Part shown: piece after piece, positions 1-13,650 of the stretch
Position numbering within the stretch: the stretch's first letter is position 1
Layout: every line of letters starts with the position of its first letter
Source of the DNA: Octopus vulgaris
Lineage: Eukaryota
Assembly: GCA_951406725.2 (NCBI GenBank)
Contig: OX597823.1
Coordinates: 78,244,001 to 78,308,000 of the forward strand
DNA: 64,000 bases
Reading direction: 5' to 3'
Notes under the pieces: generated by a model
Seen by the model: the letters and a program-made list of their open reading frames with translations, nothing else
Told to the model about the DNA's origin: nothing
Database searches by the model: none
Position numbers and translations under genes: made by a program

Positions 1-975
1 TAGTTAAAAGGGTAAAAAGAACAGGTAAACAATTGTAGGTCAGATTCACCTCTCTGAAAACTACATAGAAAATAGATGACAAAATATATATTATGTTGAT
101 GAAGCTATGAATATTTAATGAGCATATAGATGTCTTATTTGCAAAAACAGCCATTGGTATTCCATTGATTCTTAAACTATATCAGTAAAAGTACAAGAAT
201 GTACTTTGCTTGTAATTAATTATTATTGTAAGTAATCTTTGAAGCCAATCTTGTATTTTATTACAAATTTCCTTTCCTTGTTCTCTTTATGGATGAACAA
301 TTCATAGGGACATGCCACCACAATAGACACTAATTTCAGATGAGAAATTTGTTTTATTTTGAATCTATAGTTTTTTTTTTTTTTATGGTGTCATTCATTT
401 TTTTTATTTTTGTCGATGTTGCTCAAATGTTGATTAAGCAATCATCTTAAGTTCTTCTGACATGAAGAAAATAACTATCATTTCTCTTGTTAATGCTCTT
501 TCAGTTCTTGTTCTTGTTGCCATTGGTTGATTCTCAATGAAGATATACATATGAATTCATAATAATATTTACAAATGGGGTCACTTATTTGATAATAAAA
601 ACTTTTTTAGAAAATTACTATTTGTAAATCTCACAACAAGAGATATTCAGCAACAGTACATTTCAGTAAAGATTATTTGCCCACATATCATGGTAGTCTT
701 AATTCAGGATGAATGTTTGCTGTAATTTAGCCCCTGGAGTCGATGTCTCCTGCAGCTAAATTACAACAATATTCATCCTAAACCAGGACTGCCATGTTAT
801 GTTGGCAAATAATATTTACTCCCAAAAATGTTTTGTTGAAATACTTTGCATGAACAAGATATTTTCCAAGCCAAGCAAACATGTATGTTTTACGTAAAAT
901 AAAAGAAATATTGTGTTTGCTCTTTTATGTTGCAAATTTTCAAATTTTCAAATTTTATTTTCATTCTATTTTCAG

Positions 976-1159
976 AATGTGACGTTCGAGTTGTAAGTTC
1001 AAAGGAATCAAATGGTACTATATCCTCTCCAGGTTACCATAGCAACGTTCCAGCAAATGTGACCTGCCATTATTATATTGATGGTTTGATGGATAAACAA
1101 AACTTAGAAAAGGCTCGCATTAAATTTATGGACTTTGACATTCCTGGTTCTATGCCATA
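976..1159 (+). CDS. sol-1: Internal exon of a SOL-1-like CUB-domain protein (N-terminal half of a CUB domain, probably CUB3)
   Basis: Polypyrimidine acceptor ttctattttcAG (974-975) and donor GTAAGT at 1160. Encodes (E)CDVRVVSSKESNGTISSPGYHSNVPANVTCHYYIDGLMDKQNLEKARIKFMDFDIPGSMP(Y). Has the CUB motifs C..G.ISSPGY....C.Y.I, and GLMDKQNLEK resembles the SOL-1 CUB3 insert G(L/M)QDxQxLERV as I recall it. Confidence 0.9.
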
Positions 1160-4100
1160 GTAAGTATAAATCTTTGTAGCTTCAGGCATTGGTGCATGAG
1201 CCTTTGACATTCATCTTGCCATTTGTACAAAATATGTTTCAATTAATCTATCTGGCTAGCTTTGAGCTCTGTTTTCAGTATCAGCAGCCTAACAAAAAGT
1301 TTGTAACCCTTAGATATGATTTAAAATAATGATTAATTGGTTAAAATTCATTTCTTATCTACAGTTTCTAATATTATAAAATACTGTGTGCATGCATGTG
1401 TTTCATTTTCCTCCTCCTCTCCTTTTCTGTTTCCCAGTGAAACGGGAAAATAAATCAAAACCGTACCTTTTGCTAATTTTTAACAAGTAAATTATTAAAT
1501 TATTTCAGTTAACTTAAATTAAGCAATGCGAGTATAAAAATGAAGTAAAAAATATATATTTTAAAAATTTATATTTGTGGAAAAAAAGTAGAAATTTAAT
1601 AATCCAGATATAGAAAAATATCTCAGAAAAATAAAAAATATATATCCATTAGATACAGGGTAGCTCAAAGTCTGTTCATATCTGCAGCTAATAACCCTTG
1701 ATAAAGTTATGAACATCACACCTGATTGTTCTTTCTTGTAAATTAATGGTTTTGTGCGTTTAAATATGAAATTTGCATTTGCTTGGAGCCAAAAACAAAA
1801 GATAGTTTCAAAGAAGATTATAGCTGTATATAATTATAGTTACTTCATTTCTTCAGCTAATAACCCTTGTGAAAGTCATGAACAACGTACCAGCTGATTT
1901 GTCTCTTTTGTAAATTAGTGGTCTTGTGTGTTTGAATTACAAGAAGAAAAACAATCATTATCTGTATAGAGCTAAAAAAATTTTTTAAATGATCAACTAA
2001 GAGAAATATTTGATTTAAACTCATAAGCTGGAAACAAATAATGAAAAAATAAAAAATGTAAACTTTAAATTGAGATAAATTTATGTTTTGGGATCATAAA
2101 TCCTATAAGTATTAGCTTTTGTTTTTTGATCATTTTTACCTGTTATTTTATTTAAAAAATTTTTTTATTCAAGCTCAAATCATAGCCAGCTGGTGTTTAA
2201 AATGCAAATCAAACAATTCGAAATCAATGGATTAAATAGCTTTACAGTCTTCTGTGAGATCATTATTGACATTTATAAGTTCTTATATCAATCTATATTC
2301 GACTGATAAAATTTGGAACTAAACATTATTCTAGTGGAATCTACCGTCTAAATCTTAGCTGCAATATCATCAATGGAAAATCATTATAAAAGGTGAAAAC
2401 AATAAGTTCGCTGTAACAATATGTTAATCTCAATCAGCAACTTTGCTGTCAGTCAAAATTGATTTCATCTGTTATCTTGTTTCCAGCTGCTTTTAAGATC
2501 GTATAAACTGAACTAGATAAGAATTATAAAACAGTTAATGGTATGAATAATGATTTCTCATAGTAAGATAAAAGTTAATCCGTGCACAAACCTTAATAAT
2601 CCATATGACTGGTGCATAATTTCAGTTTCAACAATGTTGATGCTATTGTTATTGTTTAGTTCTAAACTAGCCAAGACCAAGCAAACTTATGATCGAAGGC
2701 ATTCAAGCCATAAACATCATATGTTATTTTAAGAAATAATTCCCCCAGTCCTGGACTATATAACCAATGTATCCTTTTCTAAGATGGTTAGGTATAGTTT
2801 CAGGACAGTTTAACTGCTATTTCTAGCAGGTTAAAGAGTTTCTCCAATTCATTTTGTTTTAAAGATAATCTTCACTTGGATAAGCTTATCTTCCACCACA
2901 AGTACTTTACTTTAAAGGTTCACACCCTCCTGTTTGGGCCTTTTCTCTTGGGTTTTTCTCCAAATATTTTGAGTCAGATATGTTACATTTTGTCATGCAT
3001 TATCTATAAAGGTATGAACTTGGCAAACCTGGAAGTGTTATCATGTACATATTTATTCTAAGTGTAGAAGATGGGCTACAGCAAATATTCTGCTTGGTAC
3101 CACATATTTGCTTGTCAGTTGTCCTAGCTACTTGCAAGGTCATGCACTGTTTATCATGGTATGAAGTCACTACATCGCAAACATATTGTTGTGATGCATG
3201 TGCATGGTGTAGCCTTTTCAGCCAGGTTGTCATGATGGGTATATTCAGCTATATTTGAACCTGGGTTATATTGATGAGTATATTTGAACTTGTAATGAGA
3301 TACTGAACTTGTTATTGTATGACAACCATTTCAGTATTGTTGCATCTTCACCTTTTTATTTTGAATGTGTTTCATCTTATTTTTATTTTTTGTTCTTAGC
3401 AAATTATAAAAAAATTATATTTGCTATTTGTTTGGAAGAGAACCATGTTGATTCAAGTATTTTATTATTACAATTTAATGTTCTTTAAAATTTCCTATCA
3501 AAATGATACTATGAGGAATAAAAACGATAATTCTTGAAGTGAAGCCTTAAGGAGAGAAAATATCAAAATTTATGAATGTGATTGTGATTAATAAGAAAAC
3601 TAATTAAAACTATAAAGAAACAAGCCAGAATCCAAGAAATATACATCACCAAGAAAGGAAAAAGAAAATTAGTTTCCTGAAAAGAAGTTAGTGCGTATGT
3701 TGCTTTGGTTAGAACTGGTATGAGCAACCATTTTTGAGAAGCCAGCCACATTAAACATAGCTCATTGTCAGACAGCACAAAAAAGAAGTTCAAGATCATA
3801 TTTTGTGAAGCATACAATTTAGAAAGTTCAACAGTTTGGCAGTTTGTCCAGAACTGGTCTAAGACCGTCTTTATTCTTGTGTCTTTCCAGTATCATATCT
3901 AAATTGATATCTACTTTACATGTCTACTTTATATGTCAGAAACTTAGTTTAAGCACCTACCATATGGACTACTATCAAGCCATGGTGTGAGCCAGTATGG
4001 GATCTCTGAACATGTTTGAAATAGCAGTCAAATCTCTCTCAAATCATAAGTATCATCATGAAAAGAAAAGGAATGATGTAATGGATAATGTCATATGAGA

Positions 4101-4649
4101 TTAATTATGTCTGGAAAAATTGAGATGCTTATGGATGGAATGCTTATGATCATAACGCTGACATAAAGTTGATCAACAACAACAAAAACAACTAAGGTTC
4201 AGGAAAAGATTAACTGTTGATAAATCTCATTAATGAAAGTCATTATTTATACCATCTTTGAAGAAGTGCCATGACCATGATGTCAAAACTCACCTTGTCT
4301 CATAAATAATAAAAAAAATTATCAAGTTGTGTTGACAATTTTGTTGAAAGAAACTTAATATAAATGTATCAAAAGAAAGATTATTAACCTTTGTAAAACT
4401 ATATCTCTAACAATAAGCTGGATAAAGACACAGTCAGGTGACTTGGAATCTCATTCAAAATTTATTGCATAATATGACTGTACTGTTATTATAAAGGTTT
4501 CGCATCTGTAAATATATTGTTGTTAACCTTCAAGTTCTTCTAAAATTACCACTTAGAAATTAGCCTTTTCTAATAAGAATATACTGCCTGTGTGCTCTCT
4601 CTCCATCCATTTCTACCCATTTTCCCTACCCACTATTCCCAAGAGGATC

Positions 4650-4845
4650 ATTGAGACAGAGTCCTCAGGAACCTCTTCCATTCGGTGCTATCAGAAGCAA
4701 CTGTCATTACATTTTCCATCTGGATTCCCAAGAGTGACTAACTGAAGCTATGGATATCATCCAACCATTTTATTTTTGTTCTACCTCTAATCTTTTACCA
4801 GTTGGCTCAGCTTGAAGAATTTGTCTTGCAATTGTTTCCAGCAAG
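4650..4845 (-). mobile_element. Decayed RTE-like LINE ORF 3' end
   Basis: The minus strand, across frameshifts, gives IARQILQAEPTGKR..RTKIKWLDDI..LGIQMENVMTVASDSTEWKRFL, a typical RTE C-terminus. Confidence 0.6.
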
Positions 4846-4849
4846 AGTA

Positions 4850-5865
4850 TGTGTTGTGGTGGACACCCCCAGGTGAGAAGTGGGCTGGTCCACAACCAAT
4901 AAATAGTGGACAGACTCAGTAAGTAGTGTCAGTCAGTGAGGTACACTGTTCAGCCCAGTCATGCAGACAATGAAATAGATCATTATAATGCAAGACATAT
5001 CAGTGGCAATGAAGATTCAGAGCTCATGCAGTGGGAAAATGTTGAAAATGCCAAGGTAGGATTTGAACTTCACACAGTGAACAGTAATATAAACACAGTG
5101 AAAAATATATAAAAAACAATATTCTGAAGAAAAAAATGTCTGATAAAACTGGAACTCTTACACAGAATTGAACTTCACACAGTGAGAAGTAATATACACA
5201 CAGTTAAAAATATATTTTAAAAAATCTGAAGAGAAAATGCCTGATAAAATTGGAACTCTAACACAAAACTGAACTACACACAGTGGAAAATATATAAAAA
5301 AAAGATTCTGGAGAAAAAATGTCTGATAAAATTTGAACTGTAACATAGAACTGAACTACACACAGGGAAAAGTAATATAAGTCTGTTCAAAGTACTTAAG
5401 TCAGGTTGCTATATGTAGTAGCACTACCAGTAAACAATGTAGACTGGCACTACCTGTGGCATTTTGAAGGAAAAAAAATATAGTTCTGTGTGGAACAAAA
5501 ATTATAATATGTCCATGCGAAGGATTTAAGTCAGGTTGCTACATGTAGAAGCACTACAAGAAAATAGTGTAGACTGGTACTACCTGTGGCATTTTGAAAA
5601 AAATAAGAATAATTCTGTGTGGATCAAGAAAAAATCTAAATAAGAAGAGAAAAGTAATTCTGGTTAGAAGAAAAAGAAATGAAAAAAAGAAAGAAAATAT
5701 AATGTGTTGAAAGAAAAAAAAACTATCTCAAAGCAGTGGGTTGTTGTAGCAGTCACCCCCAGATGAGAAGTGGGCTGGTCCACTACTAATAAATTGTGGC
5801 CAGACTCAGTGAGTAGTGTCACACAGACTACGAAATTCATTGTAATGCAGGACATATCAGTATGT
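4850..5865. repeat. Compound repeat: direct repeats (about 4850-5000 and 5735-5865) enclosing about 3 copies of an 80-105 bp unit and 2 copies of a 130 bp unit
   Basis: cacccccag.tgagaagtgggctggtccac..cagactcagt occurs twice. gaact.cacacag..tctgataaaa.t.gaact occurs three times (5065-5365). ttaagtcaggttgcta.atgtag..actacctgtggcattttgaa occurs twice (5396, 5526). Confidence 0.8.
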
Positions 5866-6804
5866 TTACAAATACTATTGGCAAAAATGATATTCTTCTG
5901 AAGGAATTTTGGAGTCAAGTGCATTGCTCAGAGATTAGTCTTTTCTGGTCAAGCCACAACGTTTCCACATTGAGAGGTCATAGCTCCAGTGAAACATGTC
6001 TGTTGCACAGGAGAATGTCACCTTTGAATTTTATATTTGAAAATAAACAAGAATTACAAGATACTTAGTGAAATAACTAACTTTTAACTTATTAAAAGAT
6101 ATATGTTTACCTACAGAGATGTCACATTTTTTATGTAACAATGAGATTTCTATTAAAGATTTGAATCTAATTTTAAACTTTTTCAATTAGACACTTAACT
6201 GGTGGGCTGGTGCTGAAAGCATTAATCTTCTGCATATGCATAACCAGTCCTAGTGATGCTGTAGCTTATAGATATGATTTACCCAAATGTAGAGATAAAC
6301 TTTAAGGATGTTGGTTTTGCTATCAATTTTTATTGATTGATATCATGGATGCATTTTGGAGAGGCATGATATTCACTGTTTGCTGTTTTCTTTTACCTTA
6401 CATCAAAATCATGATGCTTTTGAAACAGATATAACAAACAAATTAATTGTGTAATTATATATGTAACAAATTCATTCATCATTATTTCTTTCCATATCCT
6501 TCCATATGCTTTTGATTTATTTTTTTAAATCTTGGTGTTTTTCCTTTGATATTCTTAATCAATTTCTGCTACGTAGTATATTTCTAAAATTTCCTGTTAA
6601 TCAGTTAATGTGATGCAGAGCATTGATGGTAAATTATATTGGAAGAAGCCTGTCATAAAGAATTATTTCTGTTCTACATTGAACCTTAAATAGCAGTTAA
6701 TCTGTGTAAATGAATTCTTTTATTTCTGTAACTCTTTGCTTTGTTATGTATTTGTCTGCTTAGATTAGTGTAATTTTGAAATTGTCTTTGAGTGACTTAT
6801 ATTT

Positions 6805-6860
<56 letters not shown>

Positions 6861-7049
6861 CACAGAGCCTGCATATTCACACTCTCACACCTATTTATTC
6901 ATTTAACATTAATTTCTCCATGTCAAAATGGTTCCTTAAACATGATTGAAATTTCTTGTGACCTTGGTAGCCTAATTTAAAATGGGTGAGGAGCATGTGT
7001 CTGTCTTGTTACATGGGTAACGTAATTAATATTAGAGGCAGGCGTTCTG

Positions 7050-7452
7050 AAAGTGTGGTAACCAGAATAAGATTGGGATGGAGAAAGTGTTGAAATAATT
7101 ACCTCCACTGGCTACAAAGGCCTTTTCTATCCTAGTGAAAAACAGCTTGTACAATGCTTGTGTGCAAAGTGCATTACTGTTTGGGTAATGAGATGTGGGC
7201 TTTGAATGCAAAGAACTGGCAAAGGCTAATAAGACATGAAGCAAGTATGCTTCAATGGATGTATCATGTTTGTGTGCATGAATGACAAAAAGATATCGAA
7301 TGTAGTGTGGAAGAGAAGAAACAGTGTGAGTATGGCCATGAGATGCGAATGGACAATTGCAGCTGCATAGGCAAATGCTAAGTAATCAAATTGAATGGTA
7401 CCTGTATAAGAAGGAGACCAAAGAAGACTCGGTATGAGATGGTGAAAAATAA
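7050..7452 (+). mobile_element. Decayed RTE/BovB-like LINE fragment
   Basis: Frameshifted reading RIRLGWRK..LPPLATKAFSILVKNSLYNACVQSALLFG.EMWALN..RLIRHEASMLQWM..RRRPKKT.YEMVK. Confidence 0.8.
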
Positions 7453-7522
7453 CCAAGATACATCAGAGAGAGTCCTTTGTCAACAGGTGATGATTACAAC
7501 CCAACCTTTACATATGAATATG

Positions 7523-7555
<33 letters not shown>

Positions 7556-7808
7556 CATCATCATCGTTTAACGTCCGCTTTCCATGCTAGCATGGGTTGG
7601 ACGATTTTGACTGAGGGCTGGTGAACCAGATGGCTGCACCAGGATCCAATCTTGATCTGGCAGAGTTTCTAAAGCCCTTCCTAACGCCAGGATGCCCTTC
7701 CTAACGCCAATGTCCTTCCTAACGCCAAGATGCCCTTCCTAATGCCAGGATGTCATTCCTAATGCTAAGGATGCCCTTCCTAATGCCAAGATGCCCTTCC
7801 TAACGCCA
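7556..7808 (-). mobile_element. Family C retroposon ((GAT)n tail) with about 7 tandem 20-bp units
   Basis: (CAT)n-cgtttaacgtccgctttccatgctagcatgggttggac.. followed by repeated gatgcccttcctaa(c/t)gcca. Confidence 0.85.
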
Positions 7809-8332
7809 TATATATATATATATATATTGTATATTGTATTGAAGCAGGGCTTAAGAATCTTTACTTTGATGTTGGCTCTGTACTTTTTTCATTGAGCAAT
7901 ACTCTAAAGAACACCATATTGAACTATGGTTCCATTATCTGTGAATTCTTAGAAATGCCTGCAGCTAAAATTGTCATAGAAATTTAATAACAAGGTTAAA
8001 TTGCCATATACTTATATAAATACGTACACATGCATGTACACAAACACACACATATATATATCAAGAGAGTGAGTGAGAGAGAAAGGTGGGGGAGTCATTG
8101 GGAACAAATGTCTTATACCAGCAACTAAATATAACTCTTATTCTCCATCATTCAATTGCACATTGTCTTTAGTCATTGTCTTTAGTCATTGCCTTTAGTA
8201 TAAGACAATACATAATTACATTATTATTCCATTATTGTAATAGTTATTAGAAAGAAGCCAAGAAATATCTATAACAGGAATTAAATATATTAGTTGTATA
8301 TTAGTTCATGTTTTTATTTACTTCTTTTACAG

Positions 8333-8520
8333 TTGTATGCTTGGTTACTTGGCGGTGAACCTCAAGGGACAAATAAGCTCCAAGAAATATCATGATAAGT
8401 TCTGTGGAGAGCTGTTACCTCCAGAGCTAACCAGCGAAAACCCACGCTTAGTACTCATTCTGAACACTCATGGGGCTGTTCGAGGTAGAGGATTTCTGGC
8501 ACGCTATGAATTCATCACTG
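8333..8520 (+). CDS. sol-1: Internal exon of the SOL-1-like protein (C-terminal half of the CUB domain)
   Basis: Acceptor cttcttttacAG (8331-8332) and donor GTATGT at 8521. The split codon TA|T gives Tyr and joins exon 1 in frame. Encodes CMLGYLAVNLKGQISSKKYHDKFCGELLPPELTSENPRLVLILNTHGAVRGRGFLARYEFIT, with the CUB motifs FCG and GF.A.Y. Confidence 0.92.
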
Positions 8521-8619
8521 GTATGTATAAAACATTATCAAATTTATCTTTTGAAAATATTTACAATTTTCGTGTGGAATTCAGTAGATGAAATCTCTGT
8601 GGAAGAATATTGAATATAT

Positions 8620-8852
8620 ATTTCTTTACTATCCACAAGGGGCTAAACACAGAGGGGACAAACAAGGACAGACAAACGGTTTAAGTCGATTATATCGACC
8701 CCAGTGCATAACTGGTACTTAATTTATCAACCCCAAAAAGATGAAAGGCAAAGTCGACCTCGTCAGAATTTGAACCCAGAACGTAACAGCAGATGAAATA
8801 TGGCTACGCATTTCGCCCGGCGTGCTAACATTTCTGCCAGCTCACCGCCTTT
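8620..8852 (-). mobile_element. Family B tRNA-derived SINE with 16-bp TSD
   Basis: Reverse complement of ggcggtgagctggcagaaatgttagcacg..ggttcaaattc..gtcgactttgcctttcatc. TSD agaatattgaatatat at 8604-8619 and 8858-8873. Confidence 0.9.
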
Positions 8853-9245
8853 GTGTTAGAATATTGAATATATCTTTGTGTCTGTGTCTATGTTCGTCAT
8901 GTGAGTGTTAAATAGATCAAGGTAAACGTAAAGAAAAAGGTGTTGAGCTGCGGAATTGTTAGTATGTTCTAGTTTCAAAACCCATCATGATTAACCATGT
9001 CTTTCATTTCTTCAGGGTGAATGAAATAAAATGTCAGTCAAGTTCTTCCCTCCCCTCGAAACTGTTGGCTTTGAATCCTGCATTGGACCATTTCAGTGGC
9101 AGTGTTGTGATCTTGGTCACTTACACACTCTGCAAACTGGTTAATTGACATTTGACCTTACAAGTCCTGTGGAATAAGGAACAAAAAAAAACACGAAGTA
9201 AAAAGAAATTCTTGCTATTAAAGTATATATAATTATTGAGTATTT

Positions 9246-9295
<50 letters not shown>

Positions 9296-9758
9296 GGAAA
9301 TTATTGTATACCACAACTTGTCAAAAGCGTGTATAAAGTATATGCAGTAATGTACAAATGTCTGGAAATTTTGCATAATTTAAACAAAAATGCCCAAAAA
9401 AGAAATAACTCAGAATGGCCTGTGGCATGTATATGAAGAACATAGACAAATATAATTATATCAAATACCATAAAACAAATTCTTGATTTATTAAGTTTAT
9501 ATCTACTTTTAGAGCGTGTATCATAATTTCCAAATGATATTTAAAGCTTGCTTAATGAGAAGGGGAGATAGTCTGAAATATCAAGAATTCTTCAAAGTTG
9601 ATATGCCATTAAAGGAAAAGGCAAGTTTATTGTCTGGAAATAAGAGGACAATTGTGGATATGTGTTTTAGTTTTAATGGGCTGCAGCAGAATGACTATTG
9701 TCCAACCTTATCTCTAGTGGCCAAAGAACTTAGATTCCTACAAAAAAGGGAGATCACT

Positions 9759-10178
9759 GGTGTGACTGTGTGGTAAGAAATCTGCTTCTGAACCATGTGA
9801 TTCTGGGCTCAGTCCCACTGCGTGGTCCTTTGGAAAAGTGTCTTCTAATATAACCTCAGGCTGACCAAAGCCTTCTGAGTGGATTCAGTAGAGAGAAACT
9901 GAAAGCAGCTTGTCGTGTGTGCATGTGCTTGTTCATGTTTGTGTGTGTGTGTGTGTGTGTGTCTTTGTGCCTATGTTTGTCTCCCACCACCGTTTGACAA
10001 TTGGTGTTTGGGTGTTTACATCCCCATTATATAGCAAACGTAATCAATAGAATAAGTATCAGAGACTTAAGATGATAAGCTCTGGAATCAATTCAGTCAT
10101 TTGGCTAAAAGAAAAAGACAATTCTTCAAGGCAGTGCCCCAGCATGGCCACAGTCTAATGACTGAAACAATGAAAAGG
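9759..10178 (+). mobile_element. Family A (CORE-like) tRNA SINE
   Basis: tRNA-like head, ccaaagcctt.tgagtggatt body, internal (TG)n, and tail gtgccccagcatggccacagtc..tgactgaaac. Confidence 0.85.
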
Positions 10179-10439
10179 TGAAGTTAAGACATTTATGGCT
10201 CAGGTGATTTGTACAATTTAAACAAAAATGAGCTCAGAGAAATAACTCAGAATGGTCAATATAAATTGCCATTTGGTAATTAGGACTTGTCCTCTTGGAA
10301 GAGGAAATAATTTTAATAAATAAAGAATTTACACTGTATGGTATTTGATATACCTGTATTTGTCTAATTACTGAGACCTGTCTGTTCTGTCATTACATTC
10401 GTTTTTCTAAACATCCCATGTACTATGATAATTCATCAT

Positions 10440-10752
10440 AATCATCATCATCATTTAATGTCTGCTTTCCATGCTGGCATGAGTTTGGCAGCTTGACTGG
10501 AATTGGTAAGCCAGAGAGCTGTACCAAGTTCTGGCCTGAATTTGGCTTGGTTTCTATGGTTGGATGCCCTTCCTAACGCCAACCACTCCAAGGGTGTAGT
10601 GGGTGTCTTTTACTTGTCACCGGCTTGGTAAGTGTTACATGTCAATGGCACAAAATCTGTTACATGTCACCGACATAAAAGCTGTTACATGTCACTGGCA
10701 CAAAAGCTATTATGTGTCACCAGCACGGAAGCTGTTACGAGTCACCAGCACT
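10440..10752 (-). mobile_element. Family C retroposon with 22-bp tandem array
   Basis: (CAT)n tail, ggatgcccttcctaacgccaaccactc, then about 5 copies of gttacatgtcac.ggcac.aaagct. Confidence 0.8.
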
Positions 10753-11311
10753 AGATAATTAAGAAATATAAACCTGTGATTAAACACTATGCAATCTATT
10801 TCTTTATTCAGGTTATTAAATCAATTTTGACACAATGTACCTGGTTGAAAATCTAGTGCCAGTGCATTAAAATGGTAACTTAGTCACCAATCAATCGATA
10901 CAAATTGATGAAATAAGCACTTAACTGAAATAAATACTGAGGTTTGACTAAAACCAATTGCAAAACTGCAGTGCGGTGAATGAAATCTGTAAAAGATAAA
11001 TAAAGAAAAACAAAAAAAAAGACAGATATTAAATGCTCTTAGGAGCAGGTATTGCTATGAGGCTAATAAATTTATTTCAAATCACCAGGCTGCTACTGGT
11101 TCAATTCCACTGCATAATATCTTAGGAAAATATCCTCTACTGTAGCCTTAGATTCACTAATATCTTCTGAGTGGAATTTAATTCTCAGGAACTGTACAGA
11201 AGCTCATTGTGTGTAAGTTGTGTGTGTGTGTGTGTGTGTGTGTCATGAATAAACTAACTGGAAATAAACATAAAGTTTGAATGTTCAAATTCTTCATTCT
11301 CCTCATTCTCC

Positions 11312-11520
<209 letters not shown>

Positions 11521-11629
11521 ACACACATTTAAATAATGAGGGAGATAAATTGAATATTAATTTAATTAATATCAATTTAAAACCAGTAGCCTAGCATATA
11601 AAAAATCTGAAAAATCAGGAAAAAATTCA

Positions 11630-11794
11630 ATACATGTGTATATTTATGGCTAAGACCACTAGGTGGATAAACATATGCTAGAAGAAGATCACATACGATC
11701 TAACTACAAAGAAAGAATGTTCTCCAGAGAAAATTTCTCTTTCTATCATATGATTATCCACCTAGTGGTCTTTGCCCTAAATATACACATGTAT
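11630..11794. repeat. Fold-back inverted repeat (about 50-bp arms), Penelope-like remnant
   Basis: atacatgtgtatattta.ggc.aagaccactaggtggataa.catatg (11630-11677) is the reverse complement of 11747-11794. Confidence 0.8.
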
Positions 11795-12839
11795 ATATAT
11801 ATATTTCTTGTAGCTGAGAAGGATACTTTTTGTTGATTTAGGCTTTTTAATGTTTAGTTTGATCTATTTATGACATGTTACTGAACAGCTTTGAAGAATT
11901 GGAAAATTACTCTGGTATACCTGTGTTATGAATACTTTTCAAACATCGATTTTAAATAACTGAACAAAATCTTTGCATTTGAATCAAGATCACCATGGTA
12001 ACAAATCAATGCTTGGAATACTATTTCAGTCATGCCTAGAGACAACTAAATAATTATAAAAAGCAATATTCTTGTTGTGCAAATCAAATTAAGAGAATAC
12101 TTACTGATCAATAACTGATGGTAAATTACTAAACAAATTCCAGAAGTGCCAAAATTGTGATGATAAGAATCTATTCTTGTTAGAATCTCGCACTAACATT
12201 GCCTAACTAGTTTTCCCCGTGAAACATTTTTGTGACTTGTCTCCAGATAAGTTCTGATGATAAATAAAGAAGATTTTCCTGTCCCCCCGTAATTTAGATA
12301 TTTTCAAAAAAATTTTGTGTGAAATGAGTGCAAGATTTCTATGAGTATACAGAAGAAGTACACACTTTATGTTAAAATGTTAGTGATGTGTTTCAGTTTT
12401 ATGTAGGCCTGTTTAAAGTACAGGTGTGGCTCTGTGGCTAAATGCTTGCTTTCCAATCATGTGGTTTTTGGGTTCAGCCATACTCTATAGCACCTTGGCA
12501 AAGTGTCTTCTGCTACAGACCCTAGTTTGACCAAAGCTTGGAAAGTGAATTTGGAAATTGAAAGGTCATCATATACATCATCGTGATCTAACGTCCGTTT
12601 TCCATGGTGAGGTCACCAAGTATTTGCAAGACAGGAGCCCCTTGACTGCAAGATATGAAAGTATGGTAGGGGAACAGGATCAGGTGTTTTGCTGAAGGAA
12701 CGAATCTATAACTTCCCCATTTGGAGAGTGAGAGAGAAAAGAGAGAGATGTGAGGTTAAGGCACAGGGTGAATATGAGAGAGAGATAGAAGGGAAAGAAG
12801 AACAGAAAAAGGTAGCTGGCTGCATGTGTATTCTTTTCT

Positions 12840-13245
12840 TATTCTTTTATTCTTTCATTTGTTTCAGTCATTTGACTGTGGCCATGCCTTTAGTTGAGCA
12901 AATCGACCTCAGGACTTATTCTTTGTAAGCCTAGTACTTATTCTATTGGTCTCTTTTGCCAAACTGCTAAGTTACAGAGATGCAACCACACCAACATTGG
13001 TTGTCAAGTGATGGTGGGGAGACAAACGCACAAACACACACACTCACTCACGCTCACACACACGCACACACACATATATATACGACAAGCTTCCTTCAGT
13101 TTCCATCTACCAAATCCACTCACAAGGCTTTGGTTGGTCCAAGGCTATAGTAGAAGACACTTGCCCAAGTGTCACACAGTGGAACTGAACCCAGAACCAT
13201 GTGGTTGGTAAGCAAGCTTCTTACCACACTGCCATTCCTGCGCCT
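12840..13245 (-). mobile_element. Family A SINE
   Basis: Full-length reverse complement of family A. Confidence 0.9.
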
Positions 13246-13273
13246 ATATATATATATGTGTGTGTATGTGTGA

Positions 13274-13309
<36 letters not shown>

Positions 13310-13650
13310 TAAAGTAATAAAGTTAATGTCTGGTCATAGAGTAATCTATGGTTTCGCATATGTATGTGCATGATTTTTTGTGTGTGTTTGTGTGTGTCCT
13401 TTTGTTTTTAACTTCACATGATAGTTATAAACAGGTGCCACTGTCAAATAAGTGATGTTGTCCATTTCCCGTCTTCCATGAAAATCTGTCTGATTGAGGG
13501 AAAATATTATGCTGCTTGGCAGATGAAGGTCGTCTGGCTGTTAAAACATCTGCTTTGGCGTATTCTTTCTGATCCAAGCAAGTACAGGAAAACACAAGCT
13601 GAAATGCCAAAGACGACAATGACAGTGTCAGCGATGACCTAAAAATCTAA

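Noticed and set aside
24-42. aaacaattgtagg resembling the 3' part of the 38.9 kb hammerhead
   Set aside because: It reads GTAAAC rather than GAAAC, and no CUGANGA lies upstream within the window.
1158-1165. Stop codon TAG ending ORF 927-1160 (and TAA at 19905-19907)
   Set aside because: These overlap the GTAAGT splice donors and are removed by splicing. They are not evidence of pseudogenisation.
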